From: Candidatus Thorarchaeota archaeon
Lineage (GTDB): Archaea > Asgardarchaeota > Thorarchaeia > Thorarchaeales > Thorarchaeaceae
NCBI GenBank assembly: GCA_048884785.1
Contig: JBHLQM010000057.1
Coordinates: 1 to 19,284 of the forward strand
Length of the DNA stretch: 19,284 nt
Direction: 5' to 3'
Shown: positions 1 through 8,943 of the stretch, piece by piece
Position numbering within the stretch: position 1 is the stretch's first letter
How the letters are laid out: the number at the start of each line of letters is the position of its first letter
Notes under the pieces: generated by a model
What the model was told of the DNA's origin: nothing
Seen by the model: the letters and a program-made list of their open reading frames with translations, nothing else
Database searches by the model: none
Made by a program: the position numbers and the translations under genes

Positions 1-12
1 TGATGCCAAATG

Positions 13-621
13 CTATTCGCGGACCCCAATCTTGGCATAGACCTCAGGTTTCCGTTCAGCAACCCTCTTGTCCATCTCATCATGTAGACTTTTGCCATGA
101 GAATCCATAGTAACGAGCAAGGGCCCAAACTTTTCTGCGGTTATGACCCAGAGAGCTTCAGGCATCCCTAGATCTTCCCAGAGATAGGCACGCACTTCCC
201 GAAGTCCTTTCGCTGCTAGAGCTCCGCAACCACCAGTATAGCTGCAATAGACAGCTCCTACTTCTCCAAGTGCTTTCAGAGTCTTCTGACCCATGCCGCC
301 CTTTCCGACAATGATGCGGGCCTTATACTTACGTAGAAATTCATCCTCAAAGAGCTCCATTCGTGTACTTGTAGTAGGGCCTGCAGATAGGATCTGCCAC
401 CTTCCATCCTTCTGCCAAGCAACAGGACCAACATGATAAATGACGCTGCCCTCAAAATCTACTGGCGGCTTCTCTCCCTTCTCATACATGTGTAAGGCAC
501 GTTCATGTGCCTCATCTCTAGCTGTATAGACATGCTCTCCGGTCACATAAACAATATCGCCAACTTTTAGCTTTCGAACGTCCTCTTCTGAGATTGGCGT
601 TGTAAAATGGTACTCAGTCAT
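13..621 (-). CDS. Fe-S (class I) fumarate hydratase / L-tartrate dehydratase beta subunit
   Basis: 202 aa with YTARDEAH, GPTTSTRM, IVGKGGMG and LGMPEALW motifs of the hydro-lyase beta subunit. ATG directly abuts the alpha-subunit stop. Confidence 0.93.
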   Translation of the reverse strand: MTEYHFTTPISEEDVRKLKVGDIVYVTGEHVYTARDEAHERALHMYEKGEKPPVDFEGSVIYHVGPVAWQKDGRWQILSAGPTTSTRMELFEDEFLRKYKARIIVGKGGMGQKTLKALGEVGAVYCSYTGGCGALAAKGLREVRAYLWEDLGMPEALWVITAEKFGPLLVTMDSHGKSLHDEMDKRVAERKPEVYAKIGVRE

Positions 622-1509
622 CTATCTTCCCTCCACTGGATGCGTGAGATATTTCACACCAAGCTCTTTGCTAATCACTGCAGTGCTTCTCCGAGCGGCC
701 CAACATTGTACTGCAACTCCGACAGGCAAACTTGCAGGATGTCGCATTGCATAATCAACTTTCACTCCCAGGACAGTGGTCTTCCCTCCAAGTCCCATGG
801 GACCAATATCCGTGGCATTGATCGCCTCGAATATCTCGTTCTCAATCTTCGCCACCTCAGCCTCGGGATGGGAGTCGTCAAGAGGTCTCTGAAGTTGTTG
901 CTTTGCAATCTTGATTGCGATGTCAGCCCCGCCTCCGATACCAACGCCAATGATATTTGGTGAGCAGGCCTGTCCCATATACTTCATTGCATTATCAACT
1001 ACGAGTTTCTTGACTCCTGTAAGACCAACGCCAGGTTTAAGCATTCCAACAATACTGACATTTTCACTGCCTCCACCCTTCGGAAAGGCAGTGATTTCAA
1101 GAGAATCTCCAGGAATAATTTCCCAATTGATCCAGGGTATCTTCCTGCCAGTATTGTTTCCGGAATTACCGCCAACAATTGGATTAACAGCATTGGGTCT
1201 AAGTGGAACCTCAGCGGTAGCCTTGATGGTTGCTTTCTCCAATGCATTCCTAATTTCACCGATGAATGGGAATTTGTCACCCACCTTTATGTAGAAAATC
1301 ACAATTCCAGTGTCTTGGCACATGGGTATTCCTTCAGCAGCAATCTCAAGATTAGTGAGAATTGCTGCTAGCTGTGTCTTTGCAGTTTCATTCGTTTCAC
1401 GATCATGTGCTTTTCTCAAGGATGCCTCTACATCTGTGGGTAATTTTGTTGCAGCCATCTTCAGCAAGCGGTAAGTTGTCTCATGAATAACCTGAAACGG
1501 ATCCTTCAT
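622..1509 (-). CDS. Fe-S (class I) fumarate hydratase / L-tartrate dehydratase alpha subunit
   Basis: 295 aa with CQDTG, LRPNAV, KGGGSEN, CSP..IGVGIGG, HPASLPV and QCWAARR (three Fe-S cysteines). Substrate cannot be fixed from motifs alone. Confidence 0.93.
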   Translation of the reverse strand: MKDPFQVIHETTYRLLKMAATKLPTDVEASLRKAHDRETNETAKTQLAAILTNLEIAAEGIPMCQDTGIVIFYIKVGDKFPFIGEIRNALEKATIKATAEVPLRPNAVNPIVGGNSGNNTGRKIPWINWEIIPGDSLEITAFPKGGGSENVSIVGMLKPGVGLTGVKKLVVDNAMKYMGQACSPNIIGVGIGGGADIAIKIAKQQLQRPLDDSHPEAEVAKIENEIFEAINATDIGPMGLGGKTTVLGVKVDYAMRHPASLPVGVAVQCWAARRSTAVISKELGVKYLTHPVEGR

Positions 1510-1656
1510 TGTATCAACTTCTTTTGTTTGACGCCGAGAGGTTTGGAACCCACCCCTCGCACAGATTGGAGGACAAATCGCCCCTTAATCTGTCTTGTCG
1601 TCAATACCTATTAGAGGAGCTAAATAGGTCTGGTGCTGCAGAGGAGATGCTGAACT

Positions 1657-2145
1657 ATGGCAATTGAAATTACCAATTCCGGAATATTGGCTTTCGTCAT
1701 TACATTTGCAGTGCTTTTACTGTTCAGTATCTATGACCTCAGACTGAGAAAGGTATCTAATTATTTGGTCCTTCTTGGTTTGGTTGCGGGCATCGTCTCA
1801 GGTTTGGTATCGAATCACCTGACATCCCAGCTTATACTACACCTCTCTGCAGTCATCTTCGTAGGATGTCTCGTTTTGGTGCTCTTCAAGATAGGCGCTG
1901 TTGGAGGCGCAGATGCGAAAGTGGCTCTAACTATCGGAGTTATCAGTCCTGGTGTAGAATTTGTGGTGTTAGATAATGCAGTATTCGAAGCCGTTCTCGC
2001 GGTTGGAGTAGAACTTCTAGTTATGCTCTTGCTAGGTTATTTGTATCAGAGAAGGATGCGAGAGAGCCCGAGCAAAAGACCAGCTCCTCTAATCCCCTTC
2101 CTGTTTATAGGCTACCTGCTTGTACAGATGCTTCTATTCCTATAG
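1657..2145 (+). CDS. Prepilin/preflagellin peptidase, family A24 (minimal membrane form)
   Basis: Very hydrophobic 162 aa. Both catalytic Asp motifs are present (SIYDLRLRKVSN and GGADAK), plus C-terminal PLIPFL. GAGGAG SD upstream. Confidence 0.85.
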   Translation: MAIEITNSGILAFVITFAVLLLFSIYDLRLRKVSNYLVLLGLVAGIVSGLVSNHLTSQLILHLSAVIFVGCLVLVLFKIGAVGGADAKVALTIGVISPGVEFVVLDNAVFEAVLAVGVELLVMLLLGYLYQRRMRESPSKRPAPLIPFLFIGYLLVQMLLFL

Positions 2146-2152
2146 TCCGTTG

Positions 2153-2899
2153 CTATTTTGACCGTGATGAAGTCCGTCTTATCTGGATTCCCTTATCGCC
2201 TATAACGAATACATGCTTCTTCATGCTATGAGATGTAAGATGCATCTTCCATATCAAGAGGTCGCGTTCAAGACCTCCATCATTCTCCCGAAGATTTAGT
2301 GAAATCAAACCTTGCGTGATGAACTGCTCTACGCTGACACGACCGTGTAGCGAAGCATCTTCAATCTCACCAATGAGAATTGAAGTCACTTTTAGCTCAT
2401 TCAAGAGAGAGCTTATTCTATGAAGCTCACGACGAACCTCAGAAGGCTCATTAAAACGCAAAGCAAGTCCATAGATGCTATCTAGAACCAATCGTTTGGC
2501 CTTCGTTTCTTCTATAGCGCCGTAAATAGTTTCGGCCAGAGCTTCCATATCGAACCCACGTTTTAATGCAAAGCGTTCTGAGGTTGGAAGACCGGCCTTA
2601 CTAGATGCTGCATCAATAATTACTAGTTTCTGTGCCTTTTCAAGTTCCACAAGGTTCCATCCGAATTGCAGCGCCTCCAATCTGATGTCAACTGGACGGG
2701 TTTCTAACGTAACAAAGATTCCCGGTTCGTTGAGTTGGATTGCTCCATAATAGAGATATTGTAATCCGAAAATGGTCTTCCCCGACCCTGATCGGCCAGA
2801 GAGGAGAGTTGTTGTACCCCTAGGCAGTCCCCCGTCAACAAGTTCGTCAAGCCCTGGGATACCGGTCTGAAGTCTATCTATCAATTTTGAAATCCTCAC
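2153..2899 (-). CDS. Single-domain KaiC/RAD55-family RecA-superfamily ATPase
   Basis: TGIPGLDELVDGGLP N-terminus, Walker A GRSGSGKT, Walker B LVLDS. GTG start overlaps the lrp stop (GTGA, 2896-2899). Confidence 0.9.
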   Translation of the reverse strand: MRISKLIDRLQTGIPGLDELVDGGLPRGTTTLLSGRSGSGKTIFGLQYLYYGAIQLNEPGIFVTLETRPVDIRLEALQFGWNLVELEKAQKLVIIDAASSKAGLPTSERFALKRGFDMEALAETIYGAIEETKAKRLVLDSIYGLALRFNEPSEVRRELHRISSLLNELKVTSILIGEIEDASLHGRVSVEQFITQGLISLNLRENDGGLERDLLIWKMHLTSHSMKKHVFVIGDKGIQIRRTSSRSK

Positions 2900-3375
2900 T
2901 CTGGGTTACCACTGATCTCCCAGCCCTTCACAACTCTGGAAAGATGAATCATTGAAGTATTCACAATGTCGGGAGATTTGTCAAGCTCTGCTTTCTTACT
3001 CTCAAGGTCCTCGACACTCTTGCCAATCATCAACGCATGAATTGTAATAGGAGCTTCAACTGAGATCCAGATGTAGTGTTCTGACTGGGCTAGTTCTTTT
3101 GCAAATGTTGTTGTCCTATCTTTGCTGATATCTGGAAGAATGTGTCCACCTATCTCTATTCGCAGAAGTGCAGCAGCGTTGTAGCCATATGCCTCTGGCC
3201 TTACAAGTGCAGCAAATCTACTAACAATGTTATTTTTCACAAGTTTCCTTGTTCGAAAGTGGACGGTCGTGTCGGGTTCTTCTAATTCTTTTCCAATGTG
3301 TGTGAACGGAGTCCGTGCATCGCGCTGCAGGATTCGAATTAAGCGACGGTCCAAATCATCTAATCCCTTTGGCAT
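2896..3375 (-). CDS. Lrp/AsnC family transcriptional regulator
   Basis: LDDLDRRLIRILQRDARTPFTHIGKEL...TVHFRTRKLVKNNIV HTH followed by a RAM-like C-terminal domain; 159 aa. Confidence 0.9.
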   Translation of the reverse strand: MPKGLDDLDRRLIRILQRDARTPFTHIGKELEEPDTTVHFRTRKLVKNNIVSRFAALVRPEAYGYNAAALLRIEIGGHILPDISKDRTTTFAKELAQSEHYIWISVEAPITIHALMIGKSVEDLESKKAELDKSPDIVNTSMIHLSRVVKGWEISGNPE

Positions 3376-3399
3376 AACGTCTTGTTTTTCTATAGTTCA

Positions 3400-3407
3400 T
3401 TATTAAG
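3400..3407 (-). promoter_or_regulatory. TATA box (CTTAATAA) of the lrp-kaiC unit; probably a leaderless transcript
   Basis: Identical octamer lies about 27 nt before tRNA-Glu. Here it is about 25 nt before the lrp ATG, which has no SD. Confidence 0.55.
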
Positions 3408-3531
3408 TATTGTGTGATTCGCAATCATTTGCCAAGGAATTGAGAGTTATTCATAATACTATGATCTGTGCTGTAGATAATATGATATCTGTCCCTATTG
3501 CGAGTTGGTTTTTAGACTCTTGATGAGAGAA

Positions 3532-3903
3532 TCACAAGATATTATTTCTAAACGCGCCTACCAATTCCTGAAGAATTTCAGGTGGAAGTGTAAAGGCATA
3601 CAAGACGGTCCAGAGCAATACCCAGAGAAGAAGATAGGAAGGAAGGGAGTTTGTAATTAACTTCTGGCGTCCTCCGAGTTCCTGGGGGTCAATGTCAAGC
3701 AGATAGACGATTATGTAGAGGCTGAGTCCGTAAATCAAAAGACCGAACATAAGACCTCTGAGTCCTGCAAATACTTGTCCTCCAGCTGCACAAGTAAGAC
3801 CACTTAAGATAGCAGAGAAAATCTTTACGTAATATTGCTGGTCATTGGGCTTGCCTTTCCATCGAGCAAATAGCCTTTGAAAGCTATTACGGAGAACTTC
3901 CAT
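3532..3903 (-). CDS. EMC6/RAB5IF(OPTI)-like three-TM membrane protein
   Basis: 123 aa, three hydrophobic segments, pattern YYVKIFSAILSG...GL.GL...YLLDIDPQELGG...SYLLLWVLLWTVLY resembling the Rab5ip/EMC6 family (compared from memory). SD AGGTGA 6 nt before ATG. Confidence 0.72.
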   Translation of the reverse strand: MEVLRNSFQRLFARWKGKPNDQQYYVKIFSAILSGLTCAAGGQVFAGLRGLMFGLLIYGLSLYIIVYLLDIDPQELGGRQKLITNSLPSYLLLWVLLWTVLYAFTLPPEILQELVGAFRNNIL

Positions 3904-3947
3904 TAGTAATCACCTATGCATGTGGTACGTTCACGACAATCGACATG

Positions 3948-3955
3948 TTATAAAA
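3948..3955. promoter_or_regulatory. Candidate shared TATA element (TTATAAAA / TTTTATAA) between divergent EMC6-like gene and rqcH
   Basis: Only clear TATA-like box in the 77-bp divergent spacer; TATA-like on both strands. Confidence 0.4.
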
Positions 3956-3980
3956 CACTCGGTTGGATGAGGTATGTGGC

Positions 3981-6002
3981 ATGAAGACATCAATGAGCAA
4001 TATCGATATCAGAATGATAATCCCTGAGATTAGCGAAGCAGCCGTAGGGTCATTCATTAAGAATATCTATCAATATGGGAACATATTTGTTCTGAAACTC
4101 TATCAGCCATCAGGGGGTACATCTCAACTTCTAATTCAGCCCGGGTCACGAATACATCTGACAGAGTTTCGAAGAGTTGCTCCAAGATTACCCCCCAAAT
4201 TTTGTACGGTCCTTAGAAAGTACCTTCGTGAGAAAAAAGTCCTCTCTATAAAGCAGCATGAATTGGATCGAATTGTTATAATTGAAATTGGCGATGAGGA
4301 AAGCTCCCACAAGCTTGTTGCAGAATTGTTCGGAAATGGTAACTTACTCTTGCTCGATCCCAAGGACGCCATATTCATGGCAATGCATTACAGGAAGATG
4401 CGTGACCGTGATGTCGTGCCTAAGGCCGAGTATGTCTTTCCCCCACCTCGAGGAGTAGATATTCTAACAAGTACGGATTTCAAGCTAAGCGAAGTTCTAG
4501 ATGAGTCTGATGCGAATATTGTTAGGACTCTTGCATCCAGACTGAATCTCGACTCACAGAGTTGCGAGGAAATTTGCGCTCGAGGGGGTATAGCGCAAAG
4601 AACGAAAGCAAGTGAACTCTCTACGCAAGACCTAGAAGACCTTCAAGCTGGATTGGATAAATTCCTGCTGGCAGTGAAAGATGGCCCAAGTACACCATGC
4701 GTTGTTGAGAATTTTGACCCTGATGATGGGGAAGAGTATGAGCCCGAGCTGGTGTCCTATACACCATTCAATTTCGAGCTGTTCACTGGTTTCGGACACA
4801 GGTGTTTTGACAATTTCAGCCAGGCAATAGATGATTACTTCGGTATTTCTGAGGCAGAACAGGAAGAAGAGGTGGAACAAAGCGCAGTTGAACAAGAACG
4901 TGCACGTTTACAGAAAATAATCGAAAAACAGGAAGAAGGCATTAGCGGTCTATCAGAAAAAGCTGAAAGAGAGCGACGAAAAGGTGAGCTCATCTATAAT
5001 CACTTTCAGACTGTTGTGGAAGTCCTGGAAACAGTCAGCAAGGAGCGTGCGAAGGGAACTTCCTGGTCGAGGATTATGAAAGTGATTGAAGATGGAAAAT
5101 CAAAGGGAAACGCGACCGCCCTTCTAATATCGCGTATTATCCCATCTCAGGCAGAGATAGTAGTCAGCCTAGATGGTGAAGAGGTGTCTTTAGATATACG
5201 GATCAGTGCCCAAGAAAATGCAGCACAGTCATATGACCAGGCGAAAAAGGCGCGTAGCAAGGTAGCAGGAGCAGAAAATCAGATTGCAAAGACTCGCGCC
5301 AAAATAGACGAACTCAAGGTCATTGCTATCGAAGCACCTGAAAAGAAACAACCCGTCAAGTATAGGAAGAAACGGTGGTATGAGAAATACAGATGGTTCA
5401 TCTCTTCGGAAGGCTATCTTGTGTTAGGAGGGAGAGATGCCAAGAGTAATGAACAGCTTGCAAAGAAGCAGTTGAGCGCGAATGATGTGTTTCTACACGC
5501 ATCCATGCATGGAGCGCCTTATGTAATAATAAAAGTTCCAGATCAGCAGCCCGGTAAGATTACGTTAGAGGAAGCAGCTCAATTTGCGATTACATTCTCG
5601 CGGGCGTGGCAAGATGGCCTATCGACGGGTGATGCATATTGGGTTTCTCCTGAACAGGTAAGCTTCTCGCCACCTTCAGGAGAATACCTGCCATCCGGAG
5701 CAGTTATGATATACGGAACGAAGAATTACCTCAGAAATGTACCAATAGAACTTGCTGTTGGCCTGATTGTTGAAGAAGAAGCTGCAATACCCATGTCGGG
5801 GCCTATAGCGGCTGTGGAAGGACAATGTAATGTATTTGTTAAGATAACGCCTCATGAACAGAAAAAGGGACAACTCGTAAAGGATGTCATGAATGAACTC
5901 AAGAAAGCTTTACCGGATGAACAAAAACACTTGGTTGATCAGGTACAGCAGGAGGATATTATGAGGGTCTTGCCTTCGGGCGGGGGGAGTGTAATCGGGT
6001 AA
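3981..6002 (+). CDS. rqcH: Ribosome quality-control protein RqcH (archaeal NEMF/Rqc2, NFACT family)
   Basis: NFACT-N motifs LRKYL, HELDRIV and ELFGNGN; coiled-coil middle; NFACT-R motifs WYEKYRWF.SSEG, GRDAKSNE, FLHA..HGAP and PSGEYLPSG. Start moved to ATG 3981 (SD GAGGT) from the track's TTG 3963. Confidence 0.92.
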   Translation: MKTSMSNIDIRMIIPEISEAAVGSFIKNIYQYGNIFVLKLYQPSGGTSQLLIQPGSRIHLTEFRRVAPRLPPKFCTVLRKYLREKKVLSIKQHELDRIVIIEIGDEESSHKLVAELFGNGNLLLLDPKDAIFMAMHYRKMRDRDVVPKAEYVFPPPRGVDILTSTDFKLSEVLDESDANIVRTLASRLNLDSQSCEEICARGGIAQRTKASELSTQDLEDLQAGLDKFLLAVKDGPSTPCVVENFDPDDGEEYEPELVSYTPFNFELFTGFGHRCFDNFSQAIDDYFGISEAEQEEEVEQSAVEQERARLQKIIEKQEEGISGLSEKAERERRKGELIYNHFQTVVEVLETVSKERAKGTSWSRIMKVIEDGKSKGNATALLISRIIPSQAEIVVSLDGEEVSLDIRISAQENAAQSYDQAKKARSKVAGAENQIAKTRAKIDELKVIAIEAPEKKQPVKYRKKRWYEKYRWFISSEGYLVLGGRDAKSNEQLAKKQLSANDVFLHASMHGAPYVIIKVPDQQPGKITLEEAAQFAITFSRAWQDGLSTGDAYWVSPEQVSFSPPSGEYLPSGAVMIYGTKNYLRNVPIELAVGLIVEEEAAIPMSGPIAAVEGQCNVFVKITPHEQKKGQLVKDVMNELKKALPDEQKHLVDQVQQEDIMRVLPSGGGSVIG

Positions 6003-6101
6003 ATATCGCTCATTCCATATTGAAAGGAGATACAGACAGATTTAAGAACGAACCACCGACCAGAAACGACTGACCAGCAATCAGCACGCGGAGGTAAAAT
6101 A

Positions 6102-6665
6102 ATGTCAGAATCCTCACACTCAATGTCCGTGAGGGACATCATGTCAGTGAATGTCGTCACGATGCCGCCTGATGCTTCAGTTCTTGCAGTTGCGAAGCTC
6201 ATGGACGAAATGGACTTGGGATCAATAATCATTGTTGATAAAGAACGTCCTGTGGGAATTATCACTGAGTCTGACATCGTACGCCGTGTGGTTGCAGAGG
6301 GTAGAGATGTAAGTACAACAAAGGCTCGTGATGTAATGAGCTCACCATTGTTCTATGTAAGTCCTACAACACCGCTGACTGAGGCAATGCGGATAATGGC
6401 ACGAAGCAATATTCGTCGAGTTGTAGTGCTGAAGAATGACTCTCTTGCTGGCATAATCACATCTAGAGATATCCTGAAGTGGTCACCAGAACTCATTGAT
6501 GTTCTCGTAGAGTCGCTTAGACTCAGAAATAGTCACGAAGAGCCAAGCGATTTGGAAGATGATGAGCTGATTGAACATGGCGGTCTTTGTGATTTTTGCG
6601 GGGAATATTCTACAGATCTACGATTAGAAGATGGGCGATATCTCTGTGAGGATTGTAGAGAATAG
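6102..6665 (+). CDS. CBS-pair protein with C-terminal zinc ribbon
   Basis: Two CBS motifs (GIITESDI, GIITSRDI), an acidic linker, then CDFC...CEDC. Strong SD GGAGGT. Confidence 0.88.
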   Translation: MSESSHSMSVRDIMSVNVVTMPPDASVLAVAKLMDEMDLGSIIIVDKERPVGIITESDIVRRVVAEGRDVSTTKARDVMSSPLFYVSPTTPLTEAMRIMARSNIRRVVVLKNDSLAGIITSRDILKWSPELIDVLVESLRLRNSHEEPSDLEDDELIEHGGLCDFCGEYSTDLRLEDGRYLCEDCRE

Positions 6666-6723
6666 ATAGTAATCGGATTCTAGTAGATAATCTCCAATTG
6701 GAGAGCCAAGGAGCATGTGAAAG

Positions 6724-7542
6724 ATGGAAGTTAGTCAAATAATGGTTGCACCTGTAACTATTGACAAGGATCAAAGGCTGCCTTTTGCCATTGAACTCCT
6801 TGAAAAGAATAAGATAGATCGATTGGTTGTGGTCAGAAACGGAGAGCTTGCTGGTATTCTGACCTATGCAGATATCGCTGACAGGTTGGGGGTTGGCAAG
6901 GTCGTTGCTGTTTCCATTGGAAGACTACATGTATCAAGTGCTATGAGTGACACTGTCATTTCAGTTTCAATCAATGATGACATTACTGAAGTCGCTCAGC
7001 TAATGATTGATAGAGGAATGAGTGGATGCCCTGTCCTCGATAATGAAGGGAAGCTCGTTGGTATTATAGGCAAAAAACAGCTTTTGCCGTTGATGAAGAA
7101 ACACACTGACATCCCAGTCGACCGCCTTATGACGACCAAGAATCTACTTGTAGTTAATCCGGTGGAACGTTTGGTAAAGGCGAGACTGGATATGTTGAAC
7201 GAAGGCTACTCAGGACTACCTGTAACAGATGGCGGACGTGTCTTGGGGATACTGACTGAGAAGATGGTCGCGCTTGCCATGGCCAAATTTAGTGAGGAGG
7301 TGCCTGACAAATACCGAAGCAATCAGATACGACAACTCAGGGTTGTTGAGGCGATGTTACAGAAACCTCCGTTGGTTGCATTGGGTACGTCAATTTCTGA
7401 GGCAGCTACATTGATGCTTGAATCAGAATTAAATGCATTGCCAGTCGTAGGAGAGGGCAATGTTCTTGCTGGAGTTATAAGCGCAACAGACTTCACTCGC
7501 TTTGTAGCTAATAAATTCAGGGTACCTGAAAGCGGCGAGTGA
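6724..7542 (+). CDS. Stand-alone four-CBS (two Bateman module) protein
   Basis: Four CBS repeats (GILTYADI, GCPV..GIIG, GLPV..GILT, ALPVV..GVISATD); no catalytic domain. Confidence 0.88.
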   Translation: MEVSQIMVAPVTIDKDQRLPFAIELLEKNKIDRLVVVRNGELAGILTYADIADRLGVGKVVAVSIGRLHVSSAMSDTVISVSINDDITEVAQLMIDRGMSGCPVLDNEGKLVGIIGKKQLLPLMKKHTDIPVDRLMTTKNLLVVNPVERLVKARLDMLNEGYSGLPVTDGGRVLGILTEKMVALAMAKFSEEVPDKYRSNQIRQLRVVEAMLQKPPLVALGTSISEAATLMLESELNALPVVGEGNVLAGVISATDFTRFVANKFRVPESGE

Positions 7543-7577
7543 ATGATGTATGCTTGCCGATACGGCGTTGATAGGTG

Positions 7578-8906
7578 ATGTCTGTCGATTTAGTGCTAAA
7601 GAATGGCATCGTCATACTTGAAGGGAAAGAATTCCCGAGATCCATTGCGATCAAGACCGGAAAAATAGAAGGCATCTATGCAGTAGACGAGGAACCAAAA
7701 GGTGAGTCTGAAATAGATTGTGATGGCAAGTACATATTACCTGGGGCAATAGATGTTCATGTCCATTTACGTGATTTGAAACAAGCTAGAAAAGAGGATT
7801 ACATTTCAGGTACTCGGGCAGCAGCCGCTGGTGGTGTCACAACGGTTGTAGATATGCCCAACTCAGTACCGCCAGTACTTGATTGGGAAAGTCTAGAAAC
7901 TAAGATGTTGATTGCTAAGAGATGTCGATACGTAAACATTGGATTCTACGCTGGGATACCTGCAGATATTCCCAGTTTTGACGTCGACGTTGCGAAACAG
8001 GTTCTAGGATTGAAGGTATATCCCCACTCACCGCTCAGTGAAGGTGTTCGGTATGATAAGGAAAGAATCAGGGATTGCGTCAAGCTGGCAGTTGGGCTGG
8101 GCCTACCTCTCTTGGTGCATCCGGATGCTTCAGACCCTGGTGCAGAACCCAAATCGATAGATGATTTCTTTCAATTGCACAGTTGTGAGAACGAAAAGAT
8201 ATCAGCCAATCAGTTTATCGATGCAATTCAAGAGATTGGCGGTCGGCTACATGTATGTCATGTTAGCTGTGCTTCCACTGCTCGATTGATTATACGGAAT
8301 CGAGCAGAAGATCGGTTGACAGCTGAGGTGACTCCGCATCACCTTCTACTCTCAGGTGCAGACTTCAGCAATGATGATGGCACTGCGAAGATGCTACCTC
8401 CTTTGCGTTCTCCATATGATAACCAAGCACTAAGAAACGCCCTTTGCCGATGTGGCATCGATATTGTGGCGTCGGATCATGCTCCTCATACTTCCGAAGA
8501 GAAAAGAAAGCCCTTTGTTGATGCCGCTTCTGGAATTCCAGGTCTTGAAACTCTAGTTCCTCTTATGCTCTCAGAAGTTATTGATGGAAAACTATCATGG
8601 GTGGAGTATCTTCGGGTATGCTCTTCAGGGCCAGCACGAATAATGGGGCTTGCTGGTAAGGGGTTGATTAGTCATGGGTACGATGCAGACTTGATCATAG
8701 TTGCCAAAGAGAATTGGAAAATCATGGGTACCGAGTTTCACTCAAAGGCGAAAGTAACACCATTTGAAGGGAGAGAAGTACGAGCAAAACCAGTTACAAC
8801 AATTGTAGGCGGAGAGGTCGTTTTTGACCACGGGAGGTTTCTTGTTGGTCCTGGAAAAGCTGGAATAGCCCCAGTCAGGTCATTGATTCAACCCCGAAAC
8901 ACATAA
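7578..8906 (+). CDS. pyrC: Dihydroorotase (type I, cyclic amidohydrolase family)
   Basis: DVHVHLR (HxH plus substrate Arg), GGVTTVVDMPN, HVCHVS, EVTPHHL, PPLR, ASDHAPH and GIPGLET. Start is GTG 7575 or ATG 7578. Confidence 0.8.
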   Translation: MSVDLVLKNGIVILEGKEFPRSIAIKTGKIEGIYAVDEEPKGESEIDCDGKYILPGAIDVHVHLRDLKQARKEDYISGTRAAAAGGVTTVVDMPNSVPPVLDWESLETKMLIAKRCRYVNIGFYAGIPADIPSFDVDVAKQVLGLKVYPHSPLSEGVRYDKERIRDCVKLAVGLGLPLLVHPDASDPGAEPKSIDDFFQLHSCENEKISANQFIDAIQEIGGRLHVCHVSCASTARLIIRNRAEDRLTAEVTPHHLLLSGADFSNDDGTAKMLPPLRSPYDNQALRNALCRCGIDIVASDHAPHTSEEKRKPFVDAASGIPGLETLVPLMLSEVIDGKLSWVEYLRVCSSGPARIMGLAGKGLISHGYDADLIIVAKENWKIMGTEFHSKAKVTPFEGREVRAKPVTTIVGGEVVFDHGRFLVGPGKAGIAPVRSLIQPRNT

Positions 8907-8943
8907 CCGACAATGCTCATCACAGAATACAGGTGGTTTTGGA

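Noticed and set aside
607-1294. Alternative ORFs 607-963, 762-950, 911-1294 and 999-1280
   Set aside because: Shadows of the well-supported fumarase genes; no motifs.
1657-2899. Archaellum/pilus locus (prepilin peptidase plus FlaH-like ATPase)
   Set aside because: The genes are convergent, and no pilins, assembly ATPase or TadC/FlaJ platform are present.
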